NCBI RefSeq assembly: GCF_030684315.1
Contig: NC_081372.1
Location: 1,367,920-1,431,919, forward strand
Source: Stegostoma tigrinum
Lineage: Eukaryota
Reading direction: 5' to 3'
DNA length: 64,000 nt
Below are positions 38,702-50,700 of the stretch, piece after piece. The notes under the pieces are model-generated. The model made no database searches, had not been told where the DNA came from, and saw only the letters and a list, made by a program, of their open reading frames with translations. The position numbers and the translations under genes were made by a program. How positions within the stretch are numbered: position 1 is the stretch's first letter; each line of letters starts with the position of its first letter.

Positions 38702-41700
38702 GTGAGGGGATCGGGGGGGTGTAGGGGGAAAGAGGGGACGGGGGGGGTGGTGCAGGGGGAAAGAGGGGACGGGGGGGGTGGTGTAGGGGGGACGGGGGGG
38801 GTGGTGTAGGGGGGACGGGGGGGGTGGTGCAGGGGGGTAGAGGGGACGGGGAGGTGGTGTGGGGGGGGTGGTGTAGGGGGGGCGGGGGGGGACGGGGGGG
38901 TGGTGTAGGGGGGGCGGGGGGGACGGGGGGGTGGTGTAGGGGGGGCGGGGGGGGTGGGGCGGGGGGGACGGGGGGGTGGTGTAGGGGGGGCGGGGGGGGT
39001 GGGGCGGGGGGGACGGGGGGGTGGTGTAGGGGGGGCGGGGGGGGTGGTGCAGGGGGGTAGAGGGGACGGGGAGGTGGTGTGGGGGGGGTGGTGTAGGGGG
39101 GGCGGGGGGGGACGGGGGGGTGGTGTAGGGGGGGCGGGGGGGACGGGGGGGTGGTGTAGGGGGGGCGGGGGGGGTGGGGCGGGGGGGACGGGGGGGTGGT
39201 GTAGGGGGGGCGGGGGGGGGGACGGGGGGGTGGTGTAGGGGGGGCGGGGGGGGGGACGGGGGGGTGGTGTAGGGGCGACGGGGGGGGTGGTGCAGGGGGG
39301 TAGAGGGGACGGGGAGGTGGTGTAGGGGGGGCGGGGGGGGTGGGGTAGAGGGGACGGGGAGGTGGGGTAGAGGGGACGGGGAGGTGGTGTAGGGGGGACG
39401 GGGGGGGTGGTGTAGGGGGGACGGGGGGGGTGGTGTAGGGGGGACGGGGGGGGTGGTGTAGGGGGGACGGGGGGGGTGGTGCAGGGGGGGACGGGGGGGT
39501 GGTGTAAGGGGGGCGGGGGGGTGGTGTAAGGGGGGCGGGGGGGTGGTGTAAGGGGGGCGGGGGGGGGTGGTGTAAGGGGGGCGGGGGGGGGTGGTGTAAG
39601 GGGGGCGGGGGGGGGTGGTGTAAGGGGGGCGGGGGGGTGGTGTAAGGGGGGCGGGGGGGGTGGTGCAGGGGGGACGGGGGGGGTGGTGCAGGGGGGACGG
39701 GGGGGGTGGTGCAGGGGGGTAGAGGGGACGTGGGGGGTGGGCCACGGAAGGAAGGAAGGAGAGTGTGAACGGGATGGGTGAGGGAGAGGAAGCGATATGT
39801 TAGAGCTCTGGCCTTGATGGTCATTGGGTTGTCTGTAGCTGCAGTGTCTTGACCCTCTCTTTCTCTTGTCCCACAGTGACGTTGGTCAGCAGTCTTATCA
39901 TGTTGCTTCTGTTTTTCTCTGAACTCCAGTATTATCTCACAAAGGAGGTGAGTGTCACCTGTAAACGTCTACCCTCATCTGGCCCTCTACCTCTGTCTGA
40001 TGTTATCACTGTTAGTTACTTGTTTCCTAAGTATTACTTTTGGAAATTATTTAACCGTAAGAATATGGATTGAATAATTTGCACTGAGTATCGAATAGAG
40101 CCAAGATCATTCTTTTAATTGTGGAGCCTTATGTGCGGATCACATTCAGTTGCTGGTAACTTTTTTCCCAGTTGTGCGAGATGCTGTGTAGTGGCCCCTT
40201 TTGTACTGTGTTGGAGAGTTCAAGAAACGTTTACACACCGTTGAAGGTGTAAGATCAATCCTTACCGTAGTTGAATTTGATTATAGCTGGACGACGAAGG
40301 GTACCCTGTCGGCCGTATCCCATGCCTGTCTTCTGAGGTAGGTCATTACGGTTTTTCACTGTGGCCCGTCAGAACTGGCAATTGATGTGCTGAACATTGT
40401 ATCCTGCTCCTAAGAGGGCAAGCTTCAGATGTCAGTGCCATCCTCCTCATCTGAATGGATTCTGTGCACGCATAGCGCTTGTCCATAGGGGATTACTCTT
40501 TTAATATGCTTAGGATGAAAGCTAGAGAAGTGCAGCATTGTGAGGTTATGCATAGACTTGCGGTAGAGTGACGTGCCTATCCTTGACGGGAGCAGAGAAA
40601 CTACACCATATTCTTCACAGCCTTCAAAACATCATTGTTGACAATGAGCACCTTGCCAGGATCTCCCGTGTGCTGCAACTTGTTGCCTTCAAACAGCCAC
40701 CAACCCCCTAAACAGACCACTGTTCACAGAAAACTACCAAGCCTTCAGGACTACGTTGGCCACAACACCACACAACCCTCTGTGGCAACCTCTGCAAGAC
40801 ATGTCAGATCGTTAACATGGACACTACCATCACACGTGGGAACACCACCCACCAGGTGTGTGGCGGATATTCATGTGACTCGGCCAACATTATCTATCTC
40901 ATACGCTTCAGGCAAGGATGCTCCAAGGCGTGGTATTTTGGCGAAAAATGCAGACACTATGACAACAGATGAATGGACATTGCGCAACAATTGCCAGACT
41001 GGGATGTTCCTTCCCGGGTGGATGTGGTCAATGACATTCGGCCTCGGATAAACATCCTCCAAGGTGGACTTCGATACACAACAATGCAGAGTTGCCGAGC
41101 AGAGGCTGATAACCAAGCTCCGTACCCATGAGGATGGCCTGAACCAGGATCTTGGGTTCATGTCGCGCTNNNNNNNNNNNNNNNNNNNNNNNNNNNNNNN
41201 NNNNNNNNNNNNNNNNNNNNNNNNNNNNNNNNNNNNNNNNNNNNNNNNNNNNNNNNNNNNNNNNNNNNNNNNNNNNNNNNNNNNNNNNNNNNNNNNNNNN
41301 NTGCATTTGCAGGTTTGTCATTGCAGATACATTCTATTTTGTTCAAAAAGCGCACAATTTGTAGACAGGCCATGTGGCATTTTATAAATTCCTACTTTGG
41401 AAATAAAACCAGTTTGATTCCAAGTTTATAGACAACCAGATTCTGAAAAGGTCTTCCCACCTAAAGTGCATTGTCTTACCTGGAGTATTACCTCTGGTAT
41501 GCTGATAGAACCTTTAGTTATCTCAGGGCAGTGATTGAAAGAAATTCTGGAATTTGCATATTAATCCTTTCTAACTGGTTAAAGATTTAACAGCACCTTA
41601 GGTTTATTCAAGACATTCGCCTGAGTTCTATGACCCTTTGACCTTTGGTTATAAATTCTGTGTCTGATGCTGCCTGTCTCACTGACACCTGAAGAAGGAG

Positions 41701-44700
41701 CAAGACTCCGAATGTTGTGTCTTCAGATAAAGCTGTTGGACTATAACCTGGTGTCTAGGGAAGCTCGGGAGGAGATTGCAGAGCCTTTGGCTTTGATCTT
41801 TGTCATCATTGTTGACAGGAATATTGACAGAAGACTGGAGGATAGCAATTGTTGTCCCCTTGTTCAAGAAGGGGAGGAGGGACAATCCTGGTAATTACAG
41901 ACCAGTTGTGGGTAAAGTGTTGGAAAGGATTATAAGACTTAGATGATTATAAGATTTATAATCATCTAGAAAGGAATAGTTTGATTAGAAATAGTCAACA
42001 CAGTTTTGTGAAGGGTAGGTCGTGCCTCACAAACCTTATTGAGAAGGTGACCAAACAGGTAGATGAGGGTAAACCAGTTGATGCGGTGTATATGGGTTTT
42101 AGTAAAGCATTTGATAAGGTTCCCCATGGTAGGCTAGTGCAGAAAATACGGAGGCATGGGATTGAGGGTGATTTAGTGGTTTGGATCAGAAATTAGCTAG
42201 CTGTAAGATAGAGGATGGTTGATGGGAAATTTTTATCTTGAAGTTCAGTTACTAGTGGTGTACTGAAAGGATCTGTTTTGGGGCCACTGCTATTGTTATA
42301 AGTGGCCTGGATGAGGGCGTAGAAGGATGGGTTAGTAAATTTGCAGATGACACTAAAGTCGGTGGAGTTGTGGATAGTGTGGAAGGATGTTGCAGATTAC
42401 AGAGGGACATAGATGAGCTGCAGAGATGGGCTCAGATGTCGCAAATGGAGTTTAAAGCGGAAAAGTGTGAGGTGATTCACTTTAGAAGGAGTAACAGGAA
42501 TACAGAGTGCTGGACTAACGGTAAGATTCTTGGTAGTGTGGACGGGCAGAGAGATCTCTTGGGGCCGCAGCTGTTCACTTTATATATTAATGATCTGGAT
42601 GAAGGGACTGGGGGCATTCTGGCGAAGTTTGCCGATGATACAAAGATAGGTGGACAGGCAGGTTGTACTGAGGAGGTGGGGAAGCTGCAGAAAGATTTAT
42701 ACAGTTTAGGAGAGTGGTCCAGGTAATGGCTGATGAAATTCAATGTGAGTAAATGTGAGGTTTTGCACTTGGAAAAAAGAATACAGGCATGGACTATTTT
42801 CTAAATGGTGAGAAAATTCGCAAAGCAGAAGTACAAAGGGATCTGGGAGTGTTGATCCAGGATTCTCTAAAGGTTAACTTGCATGTAGAGTCCATGATTA
42901 AGAAAGTGAATGTAATGTTGTTGTTTATCTCAAGAGGGTTGGAATATAAAAGCAACGATGTACTTCTGAGGCTTTATAAAGCTCTAGTTAGGCCCCATTT
43001 GGAATACTGTGTCCAATTTTGGGCCCCACACCTCAGGAAGGACGTACTGGCGCTGGAGCATGTCCAGCAGAGATTCTCACGGATGATCCCTGGAGTGGTA
43101 GGCCTAACATACGATGAACAGCTAAGGATCCTGGGATTGTATTCATTAGAGTTTAGAAGTTTGAGGGGAGATCTAATAGAAACTTACAAGATAATGCATG
43201 GCTTAGAAAGATTGGACGCTGGGAAGACTAGGACCCATGGGCACAGCCTTAGAATTAGAGGGGGTAAATTTAGAATGGAAATGAGACATTTCTTCAGCCA
43301 GAGAGTGGTGGGCCTGTGGAATTCATTGCCACGGAGTGCAGTGGAGGCCGGGACGTTGGATGTCTTCAAGGCAGAGATTGATAAATTCTTGATTTCTCGG
43401 AGAATTAAGGGTTACAGTGCGGGGAAGTGGAGTTGAAATGCCCATCAGCCATGATTAAATGGTGGAGTGGACCTGATGGCCCGAATGGCCTTACTCCCAC
43501 TCTGACGTCTTATGGTCTTATCTTGGTGTCCATGTGCAGAGATCCCTGAAAGTTGCCACCCAGGTTGATAGGGTTGTTAAGAAGGCATACGGTATGTTAG
43601 ATTTTATTGGTAAAGGGATTGAATTTTGGAGCCATGAGGTCATGTTGCAGCTGTACGAGAGTCTGGTGCAGCCGCACTTGGAGTATTGCATACACTTCTG
43701 GTCGCCGCATTATAGGAAGGATGTGGAAGCATTGAAAAGGGTGCAGAGGAGAGTTACCAGGATGTTGATTTAATTTACCAGATTTCAACAGTCCTTGGAT
43801 AAGCATCTGGATAATGATGGGATAGTGTAGGGGGAGGGGCTTAGATTAGTTCACAGGTCAGCACAACATCGAGGACCGAAGGGCCTGCTCTGCGCTGTAT
43901 TGTACTATGTTCTATGTTGCCTGCTCTGGAGGTAAGGTCTAATGACGAAAGCCTGAGGCTGTTTTTTTTAGAGAGAAGCAGGTTGAGGCGACTTAATCGA
44001 GACATACAAGATGATCTGAGGATTAGATAGGGTGGACAGTGAGAGCCTTTTTCCTCGGATGGTGATGGCTATCACGAGGGGGTGTAGCTTTAAATTGAAG
44101 GATGATAGATACAGGACAGATGTCAGAGGTAGGTTCTTTACTCAGAGAGTAGTAAGGGCGTGGAATGCCCTGCCTGCAACAGTAGGAGACTCGCCAACTT
44201 TAAGGGCATTTAAATGGTCAGTGGATAAACATGTGGATGATAACGGAATAGTGTCGGTTAGATGGGCTTCAGGTTGGATTCACAGGTTGGCGCAACATCG
44301 AGGGCCGAAGGGCCTGTACGACGCTGTAATGTTCTATGTTCCCTGGTATTTAATGTACGCAGGTATCACCTTTAATTGCGTGGAAATCAAATACAAGTAA
44401 TCTTGTTAATAGGTGATTTAAACTGTCCTGTGATTATACCCCTCACCCTCTCTCTCCGTGATGATGTTGCTAATATTTTCCTTCCTTCTCCAGATTCATC
44501 CAGAGCTCTACGTCGATACATCGCGAGGTGAAAAGCTAAAAATCAATATTGACACCATTTTCCCACACATGCCCTGCGCTTGTAAGTACTAATGCAAGTT
44601 CTAAAATATACTTTCCATCTCCTTGTCTTTTCTTTCACTGCTTTTCTTCGCCATTTCTTTTGAAATAAAGACCAACTCTTCCACCCCTCTGTCGCCACTG

Positions 44701-47700
44701 TGATCTCTTCGTTTTCATACCTTTCCCTTGTGAATTGGTCCCATTCTTATAGAATCATAACTTCCCTACAGTTTAAAAGCAGGCCATTTGGCCCAACGAG
44801 TCCACACATACCCTGCAAATAACATCCCTCCCAGACACACCCCATTTCCCATAGCTAACCCACATAGCCTGCACATCCCTGAACACTATGGCCAATTTAA
44901 CATGGCGTATCCACCCTAACTTGCACATCGTTGGACTGTGAGAGGAAAGCAGACCACCCAGTGGAAACCCACGCAGACACGGGGAGAATGTGCAAACTCC
45001 ACACAGGCAGTTACCCGAGGGTGGAATTGAATCTGAATCCTTGACGCTGTGAGGCAGCAGTGCTAACCTTGGAGCCACCGTGCCGCCCGAAAATCCTTAA
45101 TGTGTGTTCCTGTGCTTTCATCAGCTTTGTGTTTCTTTTCAAATCTCCTTTATGTCTGCAGGCTTTTGTTATCATCACTCCCTCTCCTTCCCACTGGCTC
45201 ACTTTCTGGTTGCTGGTACATTTACCCTGGGATCTTTATAGAAGCATTATGTAAAGCAAGTTGTTCTCTGAGCTTGCTTTCTGATATGTGATGGTGGCAG
45301 GTTGTATTGAGCCACAACCAACTCCAGAGGTAATCTGTCATCTGTCACTGACTGCAGTGAGCCAAGAAGGGTAGGACAACACTGAGCACCCTGAACTGAG
45401 TCTTTCATACCTCTTCCCCCTCCACTGCCCCGTGACCAAAAACAGATTCCAAGGTGGCATTGCATTAAAAAAAATGTCAAAATGGTAAGAGCTGTCCCTT
45501 CAGGACGTATGTGCCTTGATGTGTGTGTTATGTTTCAGTGTTAATGGTGATGCTCCATGTCCACTGACAGATCTAAGCATCGATGCGATGGATGTGGCTG
45601 GGGAGCAGCAGCTCGATGTGGAGCACAATCTGTTCAAAAAGAGACTGGACCTGGTTGGCAATGTAGTCAGTCCAGAGGTGGAGAAGCACGGTAAGCAAGG
45701 ACTGACGGGGAGCAGAGATGACTGCGACCTGTGCACATAGTTTTTTAACGTGGAGTTACAATATAACTGTTCAGATGGATGCAATGGGAACATTAATCTC
45801 TGCTAAGGATCTGTGTAAATGTTGACGTGACATGTTTGGGGTTCTAAAATAAGCTAGGTGTTGAAAAGAGAACTGTATATCTATATTTCTAACTGTTTCT
45901 GTAACTCTATTTCTATCCATTTCCCATATCGCTCGGTGATTCCATGAGAGCCAATGATCCACAACGCTTTGTATTTTTTTTATTCATTCACGGGGTGAGG
46001 GTGTCACTGGCTAAGCAGCATTTATTGCCAATCCCTAATTGCCCAGAGGGCAGTTAAGAGTCAGCCAGATTGCTGTGGGTCTGGAGTCACATGTAAGCCG
46101 GACCAGGTAGGGATGGTAGTTTCCTTTCCTAAAGGACATTAGTGAATTAGATGGGTTTTCCCGACAACCGACAATAGATTCATGGTCATCATTAGACTCT
46201 TAAATCCAGATTGAATTAATTTTTGAATTCAAATACCACCATCTACTGTGGCAGGATTCGAACCTGAGTCCCCAGAACATTATCTGGGTCTCTGGATTAG
46301 CAGTCCAGTGATAATACCACTAGGCTGTAGCCTCCCCTACTACATCAATGTGCCATTATGAGAACCTAATGTCTCAGATTTTCTTCCAAATGATTGCTCA
46401 GCATTTATGAAGCCAGTATGTAATTCATCAGCTATTCATCGAGGTTTAAGGGTAGCATTTGATCCAGTCCTATCTTCAGTCTGTGCTCATACACACTCCC
46501 TGGAGGTATTGACCATTCTGGGACTGGGTCTAATTTAAAATCAATCCAGTATTGCCCTGACTCTGGCCAAGTAACTAAACATGAATCAAAACCAGAATGT
46601 TATGCTCTGTCTGCCTCAGGATAACTTTGGAACTACTCTCTGATCCTTTGGAATTAAGGGTCATGCTGCACTTCTTTCACATTTGTTTCAATTGAGTTCT
46701 GGCTGTAATCCGTAAATTCCTGATTAATTTCCTGTGATGGTTAATAATGGTAGTCTGGTAGGTAATTTTACATTGTTGAGTGGTGGCACATCTTTGTTTC
46801 ATTCTGTTGTCTCCCCCAAGTGTTTCTTCTACCTTGGTCCATGCCTCATGTATTTCTTCATTCGTATATTCAAGTTGGAGATTGATATTGGATAAAAAGG
46901 AAGCAAGTCACAGACAGACAGGACCAAATAGCGTAACTCAGGTGGAAGATCTTATTGAATGGCAGAGTAACCCAATGGTCAATTGCTGCTTCTATTTTTG
47001 ATTCTCTTTGAGTCTGTTCCATGTGCCATCTCTCTTGTAGAATAATTTGGCCCATTGAATCGATGCTGGCTCCCCAAAACAATCCAGTCAGCCACAATCC
47101 CTCTGGACTCCGTCCCATAGTCTCAGCACATTAATTTCTCTGAAGTGCCTATCCATTTTCCCTTTGAAATCATTGAAGGTTTCAGCTCCCAGGCAGTGTT
47201 CCAGGTCATTACCAGTCGCTGTGTAAAAATGCTGTTCGTCACATCCCTGCCCAGCATCACTTGACCAAAAACCTTAAATCTATATTTCCTGGTCCTTATA
47301 CCACCAACTGGTGGAGCAACTTTTCTTTGTCTAACTAATCCATCATAATCTCATACACTTCAGTTAAATCTCTCTTTAATCTTCTTTGCTCCAAGGAGAA
47401 CCGCCCCAACTTCTCCTTAGAACCCTATCGCTAAAATCCTACTTGCCTGGAACCATTCTGGTAAATCTCTCAAGTACTCTTGGGGATCTTCCGTTCTTTG
47501 TAAAGTGCAGTGACCAGACCTGGATGCAGCACTAATTGGCCTAACAGCTTTATGTAGGTTCAGCTGCTGTCTTTCAATGTGTCTTCCTCCCGTTTCTCTC
47601 TGTCTCTGCATTCCATATTGTTGCTTTTTGCTCTCTTTCCCCCTGTTCCATATGTTATTTCTCTCTCCCAATATGTACTTTATGTGCTGTGCCTCTCTAG

Positions 47701-50700
47701 ATCTGGGTCTGTATTCTGTGTCCGCTGTCTCCAGACCCACGTTTTGTGTTTTGTTTTCCCCCTTCTCCCTTGCTGAGCCCATATTCCTTGTGTTGTCTCT
47801 ATCTGTTTCAGAGTTGGGAAAACAGGAGGAGGTGTTCAATTCCACAAAGCTGGACCCAGACCGATGTGAGAGCTGTTATGGGGCAGAATCTGAGGACATG
47901 AAGTGAGTGGCACTGATCAGTTCTCGGCATAGTTTGAATGAAAGGAAGCCTTCTTTGAGCTGAAACCCAAAAGGATCACAGCTCCAGACCCTGGGGTCAA
48001 GGGGAGTTACAGCACACCCAGGTTGGGAAGGAACATTACCATGTTAACCAGCCCCCCTCAATTACCATCCTGCACTCCCCGGTATCAGACAATGTGATAG
48101 TGCTTTGCTATGTTTCCTTCAGTTGATACCCGCCAACTGCACCTGTCACTGTTCTGTCACTCCCCAGTTAGACCCACTTCACTGATCTTTCTCCTTCACT
48201 GTGCATCGGCTTCTGTGTCCAATTCCCCTTTTGGAAGTTCTTGAATCTCTCTCTACCACATTCTGAGGTGGTGATTTTAAGATTGTTTTCCTTCTATTTT
48301 GCCAATTACTTATCCCTGTTCTTTGGTTACTGACCCTCCAATCAGTAAAATCAATGTCTGTCTTCTTATCAAAACCCCTCAGAATTTTGAACACCTTTAT
48401 GAAATCTCCATGAATCTCCTTTGCTGTCAGGAAAATAGTCCCAAAGCGTTTAGTCTGTCAGTGTAACTCATTGGGACTGTTTTGATAAATCTTGTAGCCT
48501 GAATACTGAAGACCAACTTTTAATGTATATTAAGAAGAACAATTGTCCCAACATTGAGGTTGAGGGATACCACTTTCCCCCAGTCTATGAAGCAGGTTTT
48601 TACTCTAACCCTGGAATCTGAAAAACAGCTCTCAACTTCACACTCCACTTTCTGTCTCTTGACCAAGTGTTTATTTGTGATAGCACTGTTGTTTCGTTTT
48701 GCTAACAAGTCTAATATGTCACACATATTAGCACACACTGCTGTCATTGGCCATTGTTAGTTCTTTGGCCATCCCTAAATGTCCTGGAGAATGTGGTGGT
48801 GAGCTACTTTTATGAGCCAATGCAGTCCATGCTTTGCATTGTCCACTGACTTTGAAGTTGTGCTCCCTGTTCCCAAGTCCAAGTGATGTTTAATATAACA
48901 AAAAAGCATCCGAATATTGACTTCTGGACTCCTGTACCCCTCCCCAAGTCAGAACAATATTTGTTCACCAAACTGTCTATTCCCTTAGCCAATCCTGTTC
49001 CAAGTCGCCATCATCCATTTGGTCCTGTTTGCTTTAGTCTGAGTAAATCTGTATGTATTACTTTATTTAAACCTGTTCTGAAAGTCTACATATATATAAA
49101 ACATCTGCTTGTCACTCAGTGACAAGCCGTATCCTTCATGAAGACAGATGCAGTGATCTGCCCAAATGATGTTCTGGAATGTGCCCCAGGGGAATTGGAG
49201 AGAGATATCCCCCTCCACCTGGAACTGCTGATTTGCAAACTCTGGCTATTGAGAACTCTTGTGTCATTACTTCCCTGTGCAACAGATACCTAGAGTAACG
49301 CATGCTGATTGGTCCATATAGATGCTGCAACACGTGTGCTGATGTACGTGAGGCCTACAGACGGAAAGGCTGGGCATTTAAGAATGTAGACACCATTGAG
49401 CAATGCATGAGGGAAGGATTCACTCAGAAGCTGCAGGAACAGAAGAATGAGGGCTGCCAGGTGTATGGATTCCTGGAGGTCAATAAAGTGAGTCTGCGGT
49501 TGAATGTTGGATTCCAGGGATAGTGGTTGTGGTAAGACATTGGTTATCGGTGACAATTTTTGTGGTGTCTGTGGTTAGCTGTTGGTTATTGGCAATGGGA
49601 GGGGTCTGTCGTTAGATGCCCATTGCATGTTTTTAAACTGATTCCTATCTTTTCATTTCTTGTTAGGTGGCGGGGAATTTCCATTTTGCTCCTGGAAAAA
49701 GTTTTCAGCAGTCACATGTCCATGGTAAGAGAGAGTATTGAATCCTCCCAAAGGGATTTTGGGTCAAAAATGTGAGTGGGTATGTTTGTAAAGGGCTGGG
49801 GGCTGGGGTAAAGTTTGGAAGGGGGGTTTGAAACAATTATTCAAGGAAGGGCAACAAATTACAGCTATTGACTGCCTCAAGAAAGTATCCCAAGGAGCTT
49901 TACAGCATTGCAACACCTGAAGCACATGAGCCAAAGGAGGATGAATTCAAAACAACCCAAATCAAGGATTAGCAAGAGAATTTCAGAGCCTTAGGCTGGT
50001 AAGCATGTTGATCAATGTATAGCAATTAAAATTGCTAATACACCAGAGGCTGGGCTTGAAGGAACGTTGAGTGTTGTCAGTTCAGAAGAGAAATGAGAGA
50101 TAAAAGGGGCTGTACTGTGAATGTATTTGAACACAAAGCTGAGTTTTATCAAATTGTGTCGTCATTAGTTTGTGAGCTTGTGTAGGTCAATGAGCTCGGG
50201 GAATGGGACAACAGGACTCTAAGGGCTAGCATATGAGCACAAATGAGGATATTACAAGGTGAACTTAGCTGGGGTTAGGGATGAACATTTTACAAAAATT
50301 GAACCTTGATAGTGGATTGTGTGGATTTGGAATCTGTGCTCATGGTCAGATAGATTGCATTGTCTAGTTCAGCCTCTCAGTACCAGATTGAGGGGAGAAT
50401 CAGCATCTATTGAACAGACTTTGTGCTGGACACTGAAGACAATGACTTTCTCAACACTTAATTTGGAAATGTCTGACCTGGTATTGCACGTCATGAGAAT
50501 GAGAAATGAGATGGAGAAGGGGTCAAGAGAAGTCATGCTGAGCTACAGCTGGCTGATGTCAGCGTACATTGGAATCTGGTGTGCTTTTGGAGGAGATGAG
50601 GAGAAATGTCTTTACCCAGAGAGTGGGAAACCCATGGAATACGGTTGAGGCCAAAATATTGAATGTTATCAAGAGGAGTTAGATGTAATTCTTAGGACTA

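Noticed and set aside
38432-39824. 437-aa and 391-aa proline-rich (extensin-like) ORFs
   Set aside because: Antisense reading of the intronic G-run repeat; stop codons are absent because of base composition.
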